Positions 63,977-64,000 of a DNA stretch of 64,000 nt are shown in pieces; the first letter of the stretch is position 1, and the number at the start of each line of letters is the position of its first letter. Origin of the DNA: Octopus vulgaris. Taxonomy: Eukaryota. The position numbers and the translations under genes are program-made. The notes under the pieces are model-generated. The model saw nothing but the letters and a program-made list of their open reading frames with translations, was not told the DNA's origin and ran no database searches. The stretch lies in the NCBI GenBank assembly GCA_951406725.2, contig OX597841.1, positions 25,916,001-25,980,000 of the forward strand, written 5' to 3'.

Positions 63977-64000
63977 AACAACTTATATTTACGAAGTAAT

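Overview
Eukaryotic, repeat-saturated intronic or intergenic DNA, very probably from an octopod cephalopod. This is inferred from the dispersed tRNA-derived SINE families, which I recognise as Octopus-type, and from the extreme (TA)n/(CA)n/(GAT)n microsatellite load. Nearly all ORFs in the track are artefacts of simple repeats. Supportable content: about 40 copies or fragments of at least five SINE families; Tc2-like, Merlin-like, hAT-like and piggyBac-like MITEs; a non-autonomous Helitron; decayed RTE-type and CRE-type LINE fragments; Penelope-like end fragments and fold-backs; a 4.1-kb GGT/GAT minisatellite; and one good candidate spliced exon (9863-10117, +). The most interesting signal is about a dozen type I hammerhead-ribozyme folds with short palindromic stem III. 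Several carry compensatory changes at the catalytic 3-8 pair (G3-C8, U3-A8), and four sit in an old ~170-250 bp tandem repeat resembling a retrozyme array. A second theme is repeated conversion of TE parts into tandem arrays and local templated or inverted duplications. All calls are by eye; no search or folding program was run.
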